Shown here one piece after another: positions 51,554 through 64,000 of a DNA stretch of 64,000 bases (positions are counted from its first letter, which is position 1; every line of letters begins with the position of its first letter). Origin of the DNA: Antedon mediterranea (lineage: Eukaryota; Animalia; Echinodermata); the NCBI RefSeq assembly GCF_964355755.1, contig NC_092673.1, positions 20,147,648 to 20,211,647 of the forward strand. The letters are read 5' to 3'. The notes under the pieces are model-generated. The model worked only from the letters and a program-made list of their open reading frames with translations, ran no database searches and was not told the origin of the DNA. The position numbers and the translations under genes are program-made.

Positions 51554-53384
51554 AATCGATGTCTTTTTTAATAGTTAAGAGAGAATATTTAGATGGTTAG
51601 GTTAGATTATACTTAGGAAGTAGATCAGCTATCTTTACCTGGTAACTTGCCCTGTTAACGTCAAACTCGACATTATCTATAGTCTCAAATGTATACTTTG
51701 TGATTTTTATCACGACTGCTTTACTGTTACTGCAATTAAAATAAAGATCTACTGTATAAGAAAGTATTCCATCTTATGTTTTAGGTTTTTTCAAATATCA
51801 TCAAATGACTGTAGGAGATGGTGCATGTGATGCATCGTATTTGCAATTGGCTACAAACCACTATTTACTTGTGACAAACTACGATGTTAAAGTGAACTCA
51901 ACGGTGTATAAATGGAATTTTACCCGTAACCTATTCGTAAAGCCAAGTACCAGGTCATGGAGTTCAGAGTGGTAAACTTTTCTCAGTGGATGGTAGTTTA
52001 TATGCGGCAATAGCAAACTACAATGGAACGACTGAATCTCCAGAGGTTTGGGAAATAAAAGAAAACTGTAAGTTATAAAAATGAATATTTCATTTGATTT
52101 TAGTTACACGAATGCACGTTCTTACAATACAAGCTAACTCAGTATCAGCTGTTAATCAGATTTTACTTTATTTTTACAAATGATCTAGGCCTACTCATGG
52201 TATTATTTTTATTTATTTATTGTTCCATTTTTGCTCTCTCTTAGACAGTCCCGTCACAAGAGATGTTCATCTTCTTGCCCTCGTCCTTATTTTTTAATCT
52301 CACCTAAATGTAGGTGGTCAATAGAGTAATTTTACCGATCTGGGAGTTTATTCCTAATGTTAAGTCCAAAACCCAATGGTTTTCTTTGTCGTTACGAGTT
52401 TTGTCGCTCCAATTGACATCGTGGTCTACATAATTTCCTTTTTTATGTAACACGATGAAATGAAAAAAAAACAATTACAACTTTTTTTTTTGTCTTTTTA
52501 ATAACTTTTGTAATAACTAGTGAATCACTTTATGAAATTAGACATTATACAGCAAAATTTCGATGTTGTACTTAAATCACTTACTTTTTAATGTTAGATT
52601 ATACAGTCATAAACAAGTGACGTTTTATATTATTTATTAACTCAGAACAACAAAATGTTATTTTTATATCAAATGAAATGAGATTTAATGTGTCCTTTGT
52701 GATATTGAACATAAAATCATGCAAAGTGGCATTTACGGCCATTTTGAACAAACATTTTTCATTATAGTACATAGAAATGTGCATATTCTGAACAATTTAA
52801 GACCAAAATCAGACCTCTATGATCAGTCTTTGTCAAGTACCGTCTTTATTTATGATTTTGATAAATCCAAGATGGCCACCAAAATGGCCCCCAAAAAACC
52901 CCATGGGACAATATTTCGTCTTGGGAACATCAAAAAATGTTAATTACATATATTCAGGATTACAAAAATGTACATTAAAAAAATACATCATGGGGGTGCA
53001 CGGTAACCCCTCCTTCCTACTAGACTGTTATAACCCTGTAGAGCTGTGTCAGTTATGGTTGTACTTTTGACCTGACGAGTGTGTTTGCTTTGCTAGCATA
53101 CGAAACAAATTTGTAGTCAATAAAGTACAATGAAGTAACCAAGTTTATTTTTATTTGTGATACATATCTAGCTCTACCAATGATATCGAGCACTGTAACC
53201 AGATTATCTCTTACTCTTACTTTGGATTTATATATATATATATATATAAATACTGTAAGATGAGGGCGTATCAATTTGATCTCTGGTGCGCGTGCGTACA
53301 ACTGAGGACTAGTGCTGTTCTGCCGTACCACGCCGAGAATGTTAAAGAGTCGCTATCCAATCGAGTTCGAACAATACCATGAAA

Positions 53385-53457
53385 GCCCCAGTGGTCTAAT
53401 GGTTAGGACATCTGCATATCAAGCAGGCGGTCTGAGTTCGAGTCTCGGTTGGTGCGA
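53385..53457 (+). mobile_element. tRNA-like sequence inside a ~360-bp (TA)n-bounded repeat (53220-53590)
   Basis: TGGTCTAATGG A-box, GTTCGAGTC B-box and a CTGC/GCAG stem, but the acceptor stem pairs poorly. Confidence 0.55.
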
Positions 53458-54099
53458 CTTTTTCTCATTCTCACAGATTTCCTCATCTTTATCGTTTCAA
53501 ATTAATTAATTAAATTTCAGTATATCACCGGGCGGTTTAGAATTAATGTTTATTGCCTGTTGTGTTATATATATATATATAAATCCAAAGGCAAATTACT
53601 GAAAAATGACAATGCTGTGGGTATCAGTGGCTGGATCTCAATGGAGATACAAAAAAAAGCGAAAAGCTAAATCAAAACGATAAAGTAAAACAGCCAGAAA
53701 AATTAGCAGAGCTTTCGGACAAAACTAGTCCTTCATCAGTGCAAGTGAAGGAATTTCGATAACGTCATAGCATATATGTTTTATAGTCAAACAGATTTTG
53801 AGAGTACTGGTTATGGCTGGACTCAAGAAAGAGGTGATGGTTTTGATTGGATGCGGACTTGTGGTGGAAGGGATGGAAGAATTGGTGAAAGAAAAACTGG
53901 ACCATCAAAGGTCATTCAGGAAATCGTTGTACGTTTATTAGGATTATTAGTAGAAATGTCTACTAGCACATGAGAGGTTAAGTGTGGTGTAAAATAAACA
54001 CTTCTAGTGGTCACTATGCCAAAAATCTAAACTGTTTTCACATAATGTTTAATACAGTAAAATTTCGGAAATATTCAAAAAGCCATATATTATAATTTG

Positions 54100-55412
54100 A
54101 ACTAGATTTAATTCGTCACTATGACGAATTTTAGGTTATATGCATTGATTTTAATAATTAAATTGATTTTTTGAATATATATATATCGATTTTGTCAGAA
54201 TCTTTAATTATTTATAATATAGGCCTATGAAGATAGGATCTTGCTAACGCAAATACAATAGTCGGTATCACTATCCAATCAAAGATCCCTCCGCGTATAA
54301 TATAAACAACCCTTGTTACATAATTATAAATACCTAAGTCATTTTTTTTACTTTTTCATCATAAATCATACGTAAATTAATCTAACACTAAGAAATGAAA
54401 TTGAACAAACAATACGGATATAAAAAAAATCTTATTTCGTTTCCCAAGGTGAGACTCGATCTGGGTACCTTGAATGCTATAAACGCGAGCACAGACCACC
54501 GAGCCATACACAACTGACTAAAGTTGAAGAAAGATTCCTCCGTGTGTTTACTATGCAGTAACCCTTTTGGCTTTTAACTTCAATATATAAACATTTTAAA
54601 GAAGAAGTTAATGTTAAGTTTGTTATTTCGGCCAAAGAAAATGCCATAGTTTGTTTGATTGTATTAATTTTTTTTTTAATTTAATATGCAATGATGACGT
54701 AATCAACTTTTTTTTCTCTTAATTTCATAATAAATCTTCCATGCATATATGATACATACACTTTAAAAAAATGAAAAATAGGGTTTCCCGAGCATTCTGA
54801 CGATCTATATTCATTTTAAAATATAGCATATTTTCACCATTTTGTGCAAAGCCGGTCACTTTAACGTGCTTGTATAACGTGGTTTTAAATTAAAAAGTGA
54901 ATAAAATATGATGAAATTGCTAAAGAAAGTTTGTAAAACAGAAATCAGGCAAAAAGAGTACCGCAGTATAGTTTAACGCGCAGTGCAAAATTCTGCGCAC
55001 TCATGGCAATTTTTACACGCTTAAAATTGCCTGAAATGTACTCACTACTCACTCATTTTTTTAAATTGTAAGCGCACGTACGCACGCGTTATATGCGCTA
55101 CGCACGTATTTGCATTTTCATATGATGAAATATGATCTGAAATTTACCAAATTTGGTTTAATTATAATACATATGATTGCAAACGTGATTTCATTAAATC
55201 ACGCGTAGACCTTTTTTATTGCGCACCATGAAAGGATATCCACATCGATTCCTGGATATAAGGAATATACTCTGAAAAATTAACGTAGCTAGATGTAATT
55301 GATCTCAAGATAATATTGACGGACAAAACAGTGCTAAGGAAAGAATAAAATAAAGAAATAAAGATTTTTGACAGAATCAATAAGGTTATATGCATGATAA
55401 TATATAGCCTAA
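54100..55412 (-). mobile_element. Helitron-like non-autonomous element
   Basis: Minus strand ends with hairpin AATTCGTCA-TAG-TGACGAATT, then AAAT CTAG|T; no TIR or TSD; the same end recurs at 63685; tRNA-like segment at ~54440-54510. Far boundary approximate. Confidence 0.55.
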
Positions 55413-57667
55413 TTAAATTTAATTACTAACTGCTTGTTTATTTCCACGCACAGCTCAGGTGATCATTATGTTTACATTAAAACAATATCTACAAGTAACT
55501 GAAAGTCAGCTCGCATGAGAAGTCAATTGTTACCACCAGGGCAACATGTATCTTTATCATTCTACTATCACATGTACGGACATGAAGTTGGATCACTCAC
55601 GGTTTACAGAAAATCGGATTTGGGGGACGAACTGTTATGGAAAAAAAGTGGTAACCAAGGAGATCGGTGGCGAAATGCTGTAGTAGCACAATTTGCGTAC
55701 AACGGTTATAGAAAAAATTACATTGTGGTTGAAGGCTATTGGGAAAAGTAGTTTACCGTAGGGGTGACATCGCAATTGACGACATTCAATATCGGACGCG
55801 TGCTATCGGTTTGTAACTTTCAAATGAGATTTGTTTTTATTTAATATAAAGATTATATAATTATTACAGACTATACTACTGAAATCAATACAGAAACTAT
55901 ACTACCATAATCTGTTCTTTGGGAAATGAAAACGAGATATAACAATTTGTGTATAAGATAAAAACATTAAAAATAGGCCTCTTATTATCAGGAAATTGGC
56001 CCAAACTACTAATACTATATGCATATAATCTCTGCTTCCATACCTTGATTGTTGCAAACTTGTAACTCTCCCTTCTGCAGTCGAATCTCTTTATGTAACT
56101 GTTTATTTGTAATTTTATTTGTACTATTGTTTGTTTCTCTTGATATGGACTTGTTCAAAATTCAATAAATTTGAATTGTAAATAGTAGTTAACTCAATCG
56201 GAGAGCCGCGTTGGGAATTATGACCGTTATTGAGAAATTGTGGACTTCACATGACATACATATACATACATACTTTAAACTTTTATACATATATACATAC
56301 ATACATACACAAAAGCGTTAATGTTTCGCGCGAAAACATTAGCATAAAGTATAGGTCATATCTCTAAACATTAGTGTACATCATCCGTCAATGTCTTATC
56401 GTTAGCATTTTTTTTATAACAATAATAAGTAAATGTCGTCATATGGCCTTTTCAAGTCAACATATCTTTTATTCAATAAGGGTAATATTATGCATATGTA
56501 CAATAGAGAATAAAATGAAAACTGAAGCAAAATAAAAAATAAAGGAAATACTAAACAGAAAAGCAAATAATTAAACATATATATATATAATCTATATACC
56601 CATATTAAACCGGACAGAAAATAGACAAATAAACAAATCATAAATTATTAGTATTACTATTATTATAAAAAGACAAAATAAATTGTTAAATTTAACCAAA
56701 AAGTCATTTAATTTTTTTCCTTTAATTTCAGGTTTTTCTAGTAGGAAAATAAGTGGATATAATCTTTTTTTTTTTTAAACTGTTATGTCACATTAAAATA
56801 GATTATTCAACAATTTTCAGGGGGACAATAATATCTTATATAAATATTTATCTTCATTCAATGAACATTTGTAACAATTAATTTAAATTTAACACTCACT
56901 AGACGAATGGGACGCTGGCTTAACGGGAATCGACACATTTACAAATAACGGAGATACTTACTTAGTAGTTGTGAATCAGGATAACTGTGTACAGAACACA
57001 ATAGTGTACATATGGGACAAATCGACTAATGAATGTAAAATTCATCAACGTATTCCTGTGGAGCATTGTTCGTACAGATCTACCATTTTCAAAGTAAGTA
57101 TATTAAGTATTAAATAAATTCATCTGGTTCCAATTATAATTAACTGGAATATTTTTTACTTTTATGTTGAACCAAAAAATACATACACAATACATACATA
57201 CACCCATGCATACCTACATATTTATACCAATTTTTGGTTCATAAAAGTAATAATTTTCCAGTTAAGTTCAAGTAGGCTACACACACTTGAGTGTGTATCG
57301 TCTTTACAAAACAGAAATTGGGAGGTGGCCAATTTTGATTGATATTGCTTTTTAAATTGAAAAGTCTGGCAAAAAAAAAGAGTGCTGCAGGTACACTAAT
57401 GAAACAAACCTAAATTGATATCAAAATGTATGCGAATCAACCAATCTTTCGAGTTGTTTTTTTGGGTTTTAGCAATTAGCATGTTTGTATTAAAGCGCAT
57501 CTTTAAGTATATTATTCTTTATTTACAGGTTGGCGGAGAAATGTTTATGATAATAACCACAAGCAGAACGGAATCACGTGATGCTGATGACGATTTTGAA
57601 CTCTATACTACGTCATCACCAATATTTAAATTAGAAGGGAGTATGTTCGTAAGTTACGGAGCGATAC

Positions 57668-60600
57668 TGTAGGATTTATAGCAAATCCGAGTTGTAGAGC
57701 GCACCCAGGATTATGTCAGTTGCTATCCCGGATGTTGAACGCGTGTGTAATATACATAGTTTGGAAAGGACTGAAAAGAAACGAAAGTTATAATGCTAAC
57801 CAGTGAAACGAAAGTTATAATGCTAACCAGTGAAACGAAAGTTATAATGCTAACCAGTGAAACTAAAGTTATAATGCTAACCAGTGAAACGAAAGTTATA
57901 ATGCTAACCAGTGAAACTAAAGTTATAAATGCTAACCAGTGAAACTAAAGTTTATAAATGCTAACCAGTACCAGTTTAATATAATGTTTAGTTACTAATG
58001 AGTGTATTTTGACGGGTCGAAAGTATGACAGTAGGCGTATGCTAGGGATTTGCTTGACAAACAGTGAGTTATTGAACAAATGTTAAGAAATAATGTTATA
58101 ATAGCTATTCAATCATACGTCGGTTCTTGTTTCTAATATGTAAATTATGACTTATATTTCATGCTTTCAGATTTGAATGAGAATTTGTTTCACAATAAAT
58201 CATCTCAAACACAGGTGAATCTCAGTGCTTATTGTTCGTTATAAAGTACTTTCCTTACAATTCAAATTGTTTTTACTGACTGACGCACAAGGAAGGTATA
58301 GGGAACGACCAAATGGACAAGCTAAAGGTAACCAGAAGAAACCGCAAGGGCACCTTAACAAGAGCCTTAGGTGGATTGAGACAACTCGTTGATAGCCAAC
58401 CATCGGAGCAAGAGCTGCAAGAAGGACTATTAAGAGTTAAAAGAACGTTTGAAACCATTGAGCAATCTCATGCAGAGTTAGTCGAGTTGATAAACGATGA
58501 TGATGAATTTCAAAAGGAAGAAGATTGGATGATAAGATGCCAAAAGGAATATATGGCAGAAGTCCATGCTATCAAGACTGAATATAAGACCAAAACAGTA
58601 TCCAACAACCTAGCAGCAAAAGCAATTCAAGATGTTGAAACAGAAACATTAGAAAAGAATCAACCTGATACTATAGTTAATGATAAGGTAAACAATAGTG
58701 AAAATCATAATGTTGTAGATCAACCTAATGTTGTTGAAGCTAATGTTAAGAATCATAATAATGTATCTAACGATAAAACTGAAGGTACTTGGGATAGTCT
58801 AGTAAAAGCACTATCACTTCCCCGTACACCCCTGAAACATTATGATGGGGATCCTGTATATTATCATTCCTTTATAACTTCTTATCAGAGCATGATGTCA
58901 GGCGTTAATGATGATAGTGTTAAGTTGAACACCTTAATATTATTTTGTAAAGGTAAAGCTCTGGATGCAATTCAATTCTGTGTCATGAAACCACCCACTG
59001 AAGGATTTAAAGCAGCTTGGGACACTTTAAGGGAAAGATTTGGTAATACAGCAATCATTGTCCAGGCATGGGTCCAAAAGATTTTGACTAGAGGAAAGGT
59101 GAATGTTCATAGTTTAAGGGAGTTTTCCGATGACATTGAAAACTGTTATGAGGCACTAAGTGCACTTGGGTATTTAAATGAATTGAACAATCAAGCTAGT
59201 GTAAAGCAAATAATTGATGGTTTGCCTAAGTTTCTCCAAAACAGGTGGTGCCGAGAGAATCAGAAGATCAAGGCCAAAGGAACTAATCCATCTTTGAAAG
59301 ACATTGTTATGTTTGTAAAAACTGCAGCCTTGGAAACTAGTGACCCAGTCTTCGGAAACCAGGAACAGCAAAAACCCCAAGAAAAGCACAAAGTGAGAGT
59401 AAACCAAATTGCTGCCAAAACAGAATACCATAAATGTTGGGTATGTCAAAATGATGACCACTGGACTGACCAATGTGAAGCTATGTTGAAACTAAGTTCA
59501 GATGAACGCATGAAAATGGTAAAGGAAAAACATGCATGTTTTGCATGCTTGAAAATTGCAGGCCGAAATCACCGGATGGCAAATTGCACCAGACGAAAAC
59601 GATGCAACAAGTTGGTAGATAAACAATGTTGTGACAAGTATCACCATCCTTTACTGCACCCAGAAGTGAAAGCAGGGAACGTGGGATTGGTAGGTCTGTC
59701 CAAAAGTGTAATTGACAATGAACCATTACTGCAGGTACTTGAAGTTGAGGTAATTAATGGAAACACAAGCAAGAAAGCAAATGTGATGTTAGACAACGGC
59801 TCCCAAGGTACTTTCATAAGGGAAGGCTTTGTTAACAGTTTGGGTATCCAGGGTAAAAATGTTACAGCAGCGTTGACCACTGTGGGAGGTAAGGAGGAAA
59901 AATATGATACAAAAATCTATGACATACAGTTAGTAGGTGAGAATCCAAAGAAAATACATGAAATCAAGGCCATCGGAATGAGCGACATAAGTGATAATCT
60001 TGATGTTGATGTTAGAAAACTGGAACAATTGTTCGAGATGAAGGAGGGTACACTGAAAAGACAGGCTGGACCGATTGATATTCTAATAGGAGTAAATTAT
60101 GCACACCTCCACACAGGAAAAATCCTGGAAGGGGATGGAATTGTGGCTCAGAAGTGCCCTCTGGGATGGACTGTTTATGGTGGTGGTGGTAATTCCACGT
60201 TGAACAACCGGATAATGCATGTTAAAATCAGTAAACCTGTTGACCTTACAGATTTCTGGTCAACTGAAGCAATGGGAGTAGATGTAGGATCATGTAGCTG
60301 TAAGAAGAGTCTGATTGTAAATGAGGGAATGGAAACAAAGTTACTGGAAGACTCATGTATCAAGGTGGAGAACCAGTGGACAGTTCCCTACCCATGGGTA
60401 AGAGATCCGTCTGACCTGATGGACAATAAACATCAAGCAAAAAAATGTTGGGTGTGTTAGAAAGGAGATTGACAAAAAATAGAGAACATGCAAAGGCATA
60501 CCAACATCAAATGGACGAAATGGTGCAAATGCAATTCGCAAGAAAATTGTCCAAGTCTGAAGTCAATTGTTATCAAGGCCCTGTCCATTATATTCCGCAT

Positions 60601-62013
60601 TTTTCGGTGAACCGACCAGAGAACAGAAGCACACCAGTCCGGATTGTGTTCAATGCTTCAAACAGATATAACGGAGACACCATAAATGATTTTTGGATGA
60701 AAGGCCCGGACCTTTTAAACAACTTAGTCGGAGTAATACTACGCTTTCGAGAGAATCGCATTGCCATCCTCGGAGATATATCGAAAATGTATCATCGAAT
60801 CCACATCCCTGAGATTGATCAACACGTTCACAGATACCTATGGCGAGATATGGAGTTCGACAGAGAGCCTGATATATATATTAAGCAAGTTCTTACGTTT
60901 GGCGACAAGCCAGCCCCGGCCATGGCACTAACAGCCTTAAGACTTACAGCAAGAGAAAGTCAAACTGAATACCCAGAGGCCGCTAAAGTAATAGAGAGAG
61001 ATACATACATGGACGACATATGTCCATCAGTGAAGTCCAAACCCGAAGCAGTTAAGTTAATTCAAGACATAGACAAGATACTAAGCAATGGTGGATTCTC
61101 AGTAAAGGGATGGGTATCAAATGAAAAGATAGCAGAAAAAGTCAAAGAAGAAGAAAAAGGAGTAAAGTTTTGTAGGAAAGATAGTAAAGGCCTACCCCAG
61201 TGAAGATGATAGAGTGAGAGTAGTAGATGTAAAGGTACACGAGAAGGTTTATAAGCGTCCTGTTGTGAAACTGATAAAGCTTGATCAGTGGGAATAAGTT
61301 TGACCAATGTAGTTTAAGTGAGTTATGATACGTTTATGAAGACGTTTGGAGTTTGCATTGTTTAAGTTAAATTTGTATTAATAATTTGTATTTTAATGAG
61401 ATTTCCTCATTGCTGGGGGAATGTAGGATTTATAGCAAATCCGAGTTGTAGAGCGCACCCAGGATTATGTCAGTTGCTATCCCGGATGTTGAACGCGTGT
61501 GTAATATACATAGTTTGGAAAGGACTGAAAAGAAACGAAAGTTATAATGCTAACCAGTGAAACGAAAGTTATAATGCTAACCAGTGAAACGAAAGTTATA
61601 ATGCTAACCAGTGAAACTAAAGTTATAATGCTAACCAGTGAAACGAAAGTTATAATGCTAACCAGTGAAACTAAAGTTATAAATGCTAACCAGTGAAACT
61701 AAAGTTTATAAATGCTAACCAGTACCAGTTTAATATAATGTTTAGTTACTAATGAGTGTATTTTGACGGGTCGAAAGTATGACAGTAGGCGTATGCTAGG
61801 GATTTGCTTGACAAACAGTGAGTTATTGAACAAATGTTAAGAAATAATGTTATAATAGCTATTCAATCATACGTCGGTTCTTGTTTCTAATATGTAAATT
61901 ATGACTTATATTTCATGCTTTCAGATTTGAATGAGAATTTGTTTCACAATAAATCATCTCAAACACAGGTGAATCTCAGTGCTTATTGTTCGTTATAAAG
62001 TACTTTCCTTACA
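57668..62013 (+). mobile_element. BEL/Pao LTR retrotransposon, internally deleted; LTRs 57668-58259 and 61422-62013
   Basis: 592-bp TG..CA LTRs, identical by eye; 5-bp TSD GATAC (57663-57667, 62014-62018); polypurine tract GGGGGAA before the 3' LTR; 27-bp tandem repeats within the LTRs. Confidence 0.97.
58313..61290 (+). pseudogene. BEL/Pao gag-protease-RT polyprotein; frameshift at ~60445; RNase H and most of integrase deleted
   Basis: YDGDP..Y..F gag motif; Cys-His knuckles (CWVC..HW..C, CFACL..H...C, C..YHHPLLH); LDNGSQGTF protease; KGPDLLNNL..DISKMY..FGDKPAP..YMDD RT; C-terminal VYKRPVVKLIKL remnant. Confidence 0.92.
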
Positions 62014-62307
62014 GATACCATCACACGAATGTTATGATATAACATTTTTTGAACGAGATGGGGAGTACTTTTTGGGTCAGTCGAATAAACGAAATGCAAA
62101 TGGTGGTACGACTAATCCAACCTTCAACATATACCAATGGGTGTAGTTGATGTAAATTTTAAAAGGTATGGCGCTCGTTGATTTTTAAAACTCGATATTA
62201 CGGAAGCTGATTTTGAGAGGCCCTCAACAATACAAGCGACATAAAAACATTACAAGTAAAAATATATTTAAAGGCAAAAATGTAAAAAGGTTAGGAAGAT
62301 TTAAAAT

Positions 62308-62545
62308 TTAAAATGTGTCATTGTTAAGCATAACATTCTTTAATTTACTTTTAAAATTTAAAAAAGTATTGCAATTTCTAATTGAAACGTCTAAAGAGTT
62401 AAAATATTTAGGTCCTTTATAATTAAAAGAATGTTTAAAAAGTTCACACTGAGGTCTTGGAACAACGAGATCACACCTGGAAAGTTGCCGGGTAGACATT
62501 CTACCATTGGCAGTAATTCTGGCAAGCCCACGGTAGATGTTAGTT
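62308..62545 (-). mobile_element. CR1/L2-group LINE ORF2 3' end fragment
   Basis: STRQ..DLVVPR..LFKHSFNYKGPKYFNSL..IRNC..FLNFKSKLK C-terminal motif. Confidence 0.75.
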
Positions 62546-63069
62546 TGGGCGAGAAAGGCAAGACAGTCCGTTTGATAGTCAGAATCAGTAGGGAGTAAAA
62601 ATGGTGTTAACAAAGTTGACGGGAATTAGGAGTAGTGTAAGGAAGTTGGAGAATAGTTTGCATAACCAATCCAAACTTCAACAATTACCAATGGGTGTGT
62701 ATTTGTAGATCCCGCTCTCCTGTCCTGTGCCTTATTGAACTAAAACGTGCAAAAAACTTATTTATCTTTGAATAAACTAAAAACCGTAAGTACTGTAATT
62801 AGAAAAAGTCTGTTGTTTTGTTTTAAAACACTGTAGTGTAAACTCATGCGCCCTATGACTCTGATTTAACCTTTTGGGGAAGCGAGGGAGAGGAAGTACC
62901 GCGTACGCGTCAACCAGAAGGAAATGAGCGTGTGCAGAAGGACCGTTAGACTTAATAGCTGCGTCGCATGGCTCGTCGTACAAAACGAATTACGCGGTTA
63001 AAAAAAGTTAGAAACGCTATACGTAGAATGCAAATATTGAGGGGGATTGTTTTTTCCCTGTATATAAAC

Positions 63070-63315
63070 AGGTGAGTGAGTGGCCGAGCGGTTAAGACAG
63101 TGGAACCGTAATCACGTAGCCATAACATCGGCAGGGGTTCGAGGCTCACTCACTCCATGGTTCTGGTGGTAGAACGAGTCTTCTCGGATAAGGACTATAA
63201 ACCGTAGGTCCAGCGTACACAACTAGCTCGTGTGCACTTTAAAGAACCTAGTACATCTTTCGAGACGAGTAGGGGGTTACCCCGGTGTATTAGTACATCA
63301 CAGCCACTGATCACT
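63070..63315 (+). mobile_element. tRNA-derived SINE with Deu/Nin-like central domain
   Basis: TGGCCGAGCGGTTAAG A-box and GGTTCGAGGC B-box; CGGATAAGGACTATAAACCGTAGGTCC..TTAAAGAACC..CTTTCG..GAGTAGGGG..CCCCGGTGT. A related fragment lies at ~25153-25197. Confidence 0.75.
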
Positions 63316-63684
63316 GAAGAGGTCGCCCAGTATAAAAAAATAAATAAACAAACAAACATATCTCACACAAAACCCTAACTAAATGCACACAATATAAGTA
63401 AAATCAGTGGCGGTAATATTACAGGATTTTTAAAATAATTTCATTTTGAACGTAACCTAAGGTATCTTTTGCAGAATCCGCGTATACTGATATAGTGAAA
63501 TTGTTTTAGACGAATGTGCGTTGTAATAAATAGAAGGTTTGTTTCTGACTTTAACCGATATTGTTCAATGTTTGTTTGACACATTTAAATATTACTTGCT
63601 GTAGTAATCTTGTAATCTTTATATATGTATAAATCTATAGAAGTCTTATCAAGGTAAAAAGTGGTCAGAAAATAGACAAAATAG

Positions 63685-64000
63685 AACTAGATTTAATTCG
63701 TCACTATGACGAATTATAGGTTATATGCATTGATTTAAATAAAGATAATTGATTTTTAAAAGATATATTGATTGATTGATTTTCTCAGAATCTTTAATTT
63801 TTTATAATATATGATAGGACCTTGCTAACGCGAACACCATAGCCGGTATCACAATCCGATCAAAGATCCATATGCGTATAATGTCATAAACCACATTTGC
63901 TGTTACATAATAATAAAGACATACGTTAATTTTTATCTAGATTTCATTATAAATCATGTGTATAATCTATACACTAAGAAATAAATTTGAACAAACAATA
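63685..64000 (-). mobile_element. Second copy of the Helitron-like element, running off the window
   Basis: Homologous to 54100-~54415, with the same hairpin and CTAG end. Confidence 0.6.

Larger units (their letters stand above)
42130..62146 (+). pseudogene. Copy C: signal peptide-PAN-EGF-EAR(4)-MAM-EAR(3). Exons ~42130-42494, ~42615-42740, 44125-44230, 45312-45502, 51785-52067, 53795-~53928, 55459-~55808, 56903-57093, 57529-57667+62019-62146
   Basis: Exon-by-exon homology with copy B. Lesions: TTG at the expected start, 8-bp duplication GTTAACTA (42183-42198), frameshifts at ~51940, ~53908, ~55490 and ~55745, and an LTR element in the last exon. Confidence 0.85.

Noticed and set aside
53385-53457. 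Functional tRNA genes here, at 2795 and at 63070
   Set aside because: Acceptor stems pair poorly and each is attached to SINE or repeat body sequence.
55870-55905. Micro-exon supplying the missing first strand of EAR5 in copy C (and 22347 in copy B)
   Set aside because: Similarity is weak, needs a frameshift, has no donor site, and the B and C candidates do not match each other.

Overview
AT-rich eukaryotic genomic DNA with GT-AG introns, probably from a marine invertebrate (inference). The backbone is a plus-strand tandem array of an unnamed secreted-protein gene: signal peptide, PAN/Apple, EGF, then seven EAR/EPTP repeats. Copy A (3' exons only, 548-2172) is open and lacks a MAM domain. 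Copies B (12748-24164) and C (42130-62146) carry phase-1 MAM exons between EAR repeats 4 and 5, and both are pseudogenes. Most remaining sequence is transposon-derived. It includes a palindromic IS3EU-like composite with a 6-bp TSD holding two inverted transposase arms, a Gypsy pol fragment and a HECT ubiquitin-ligase exon; a 15.8-kb Harbinger > EnSpm > MITE nest; an apparently intact 7-exon MULE/SWIM transposase; a young, internally deleted BEL/Pao element; and LINE, SINE, hAT, Kolobok-like and Helitron-like pieces. Tiny CA..TG hairpins with 7-bp flanking repeats resemble P/Galileo excision footprints. All calls were made by eye, without database searches.
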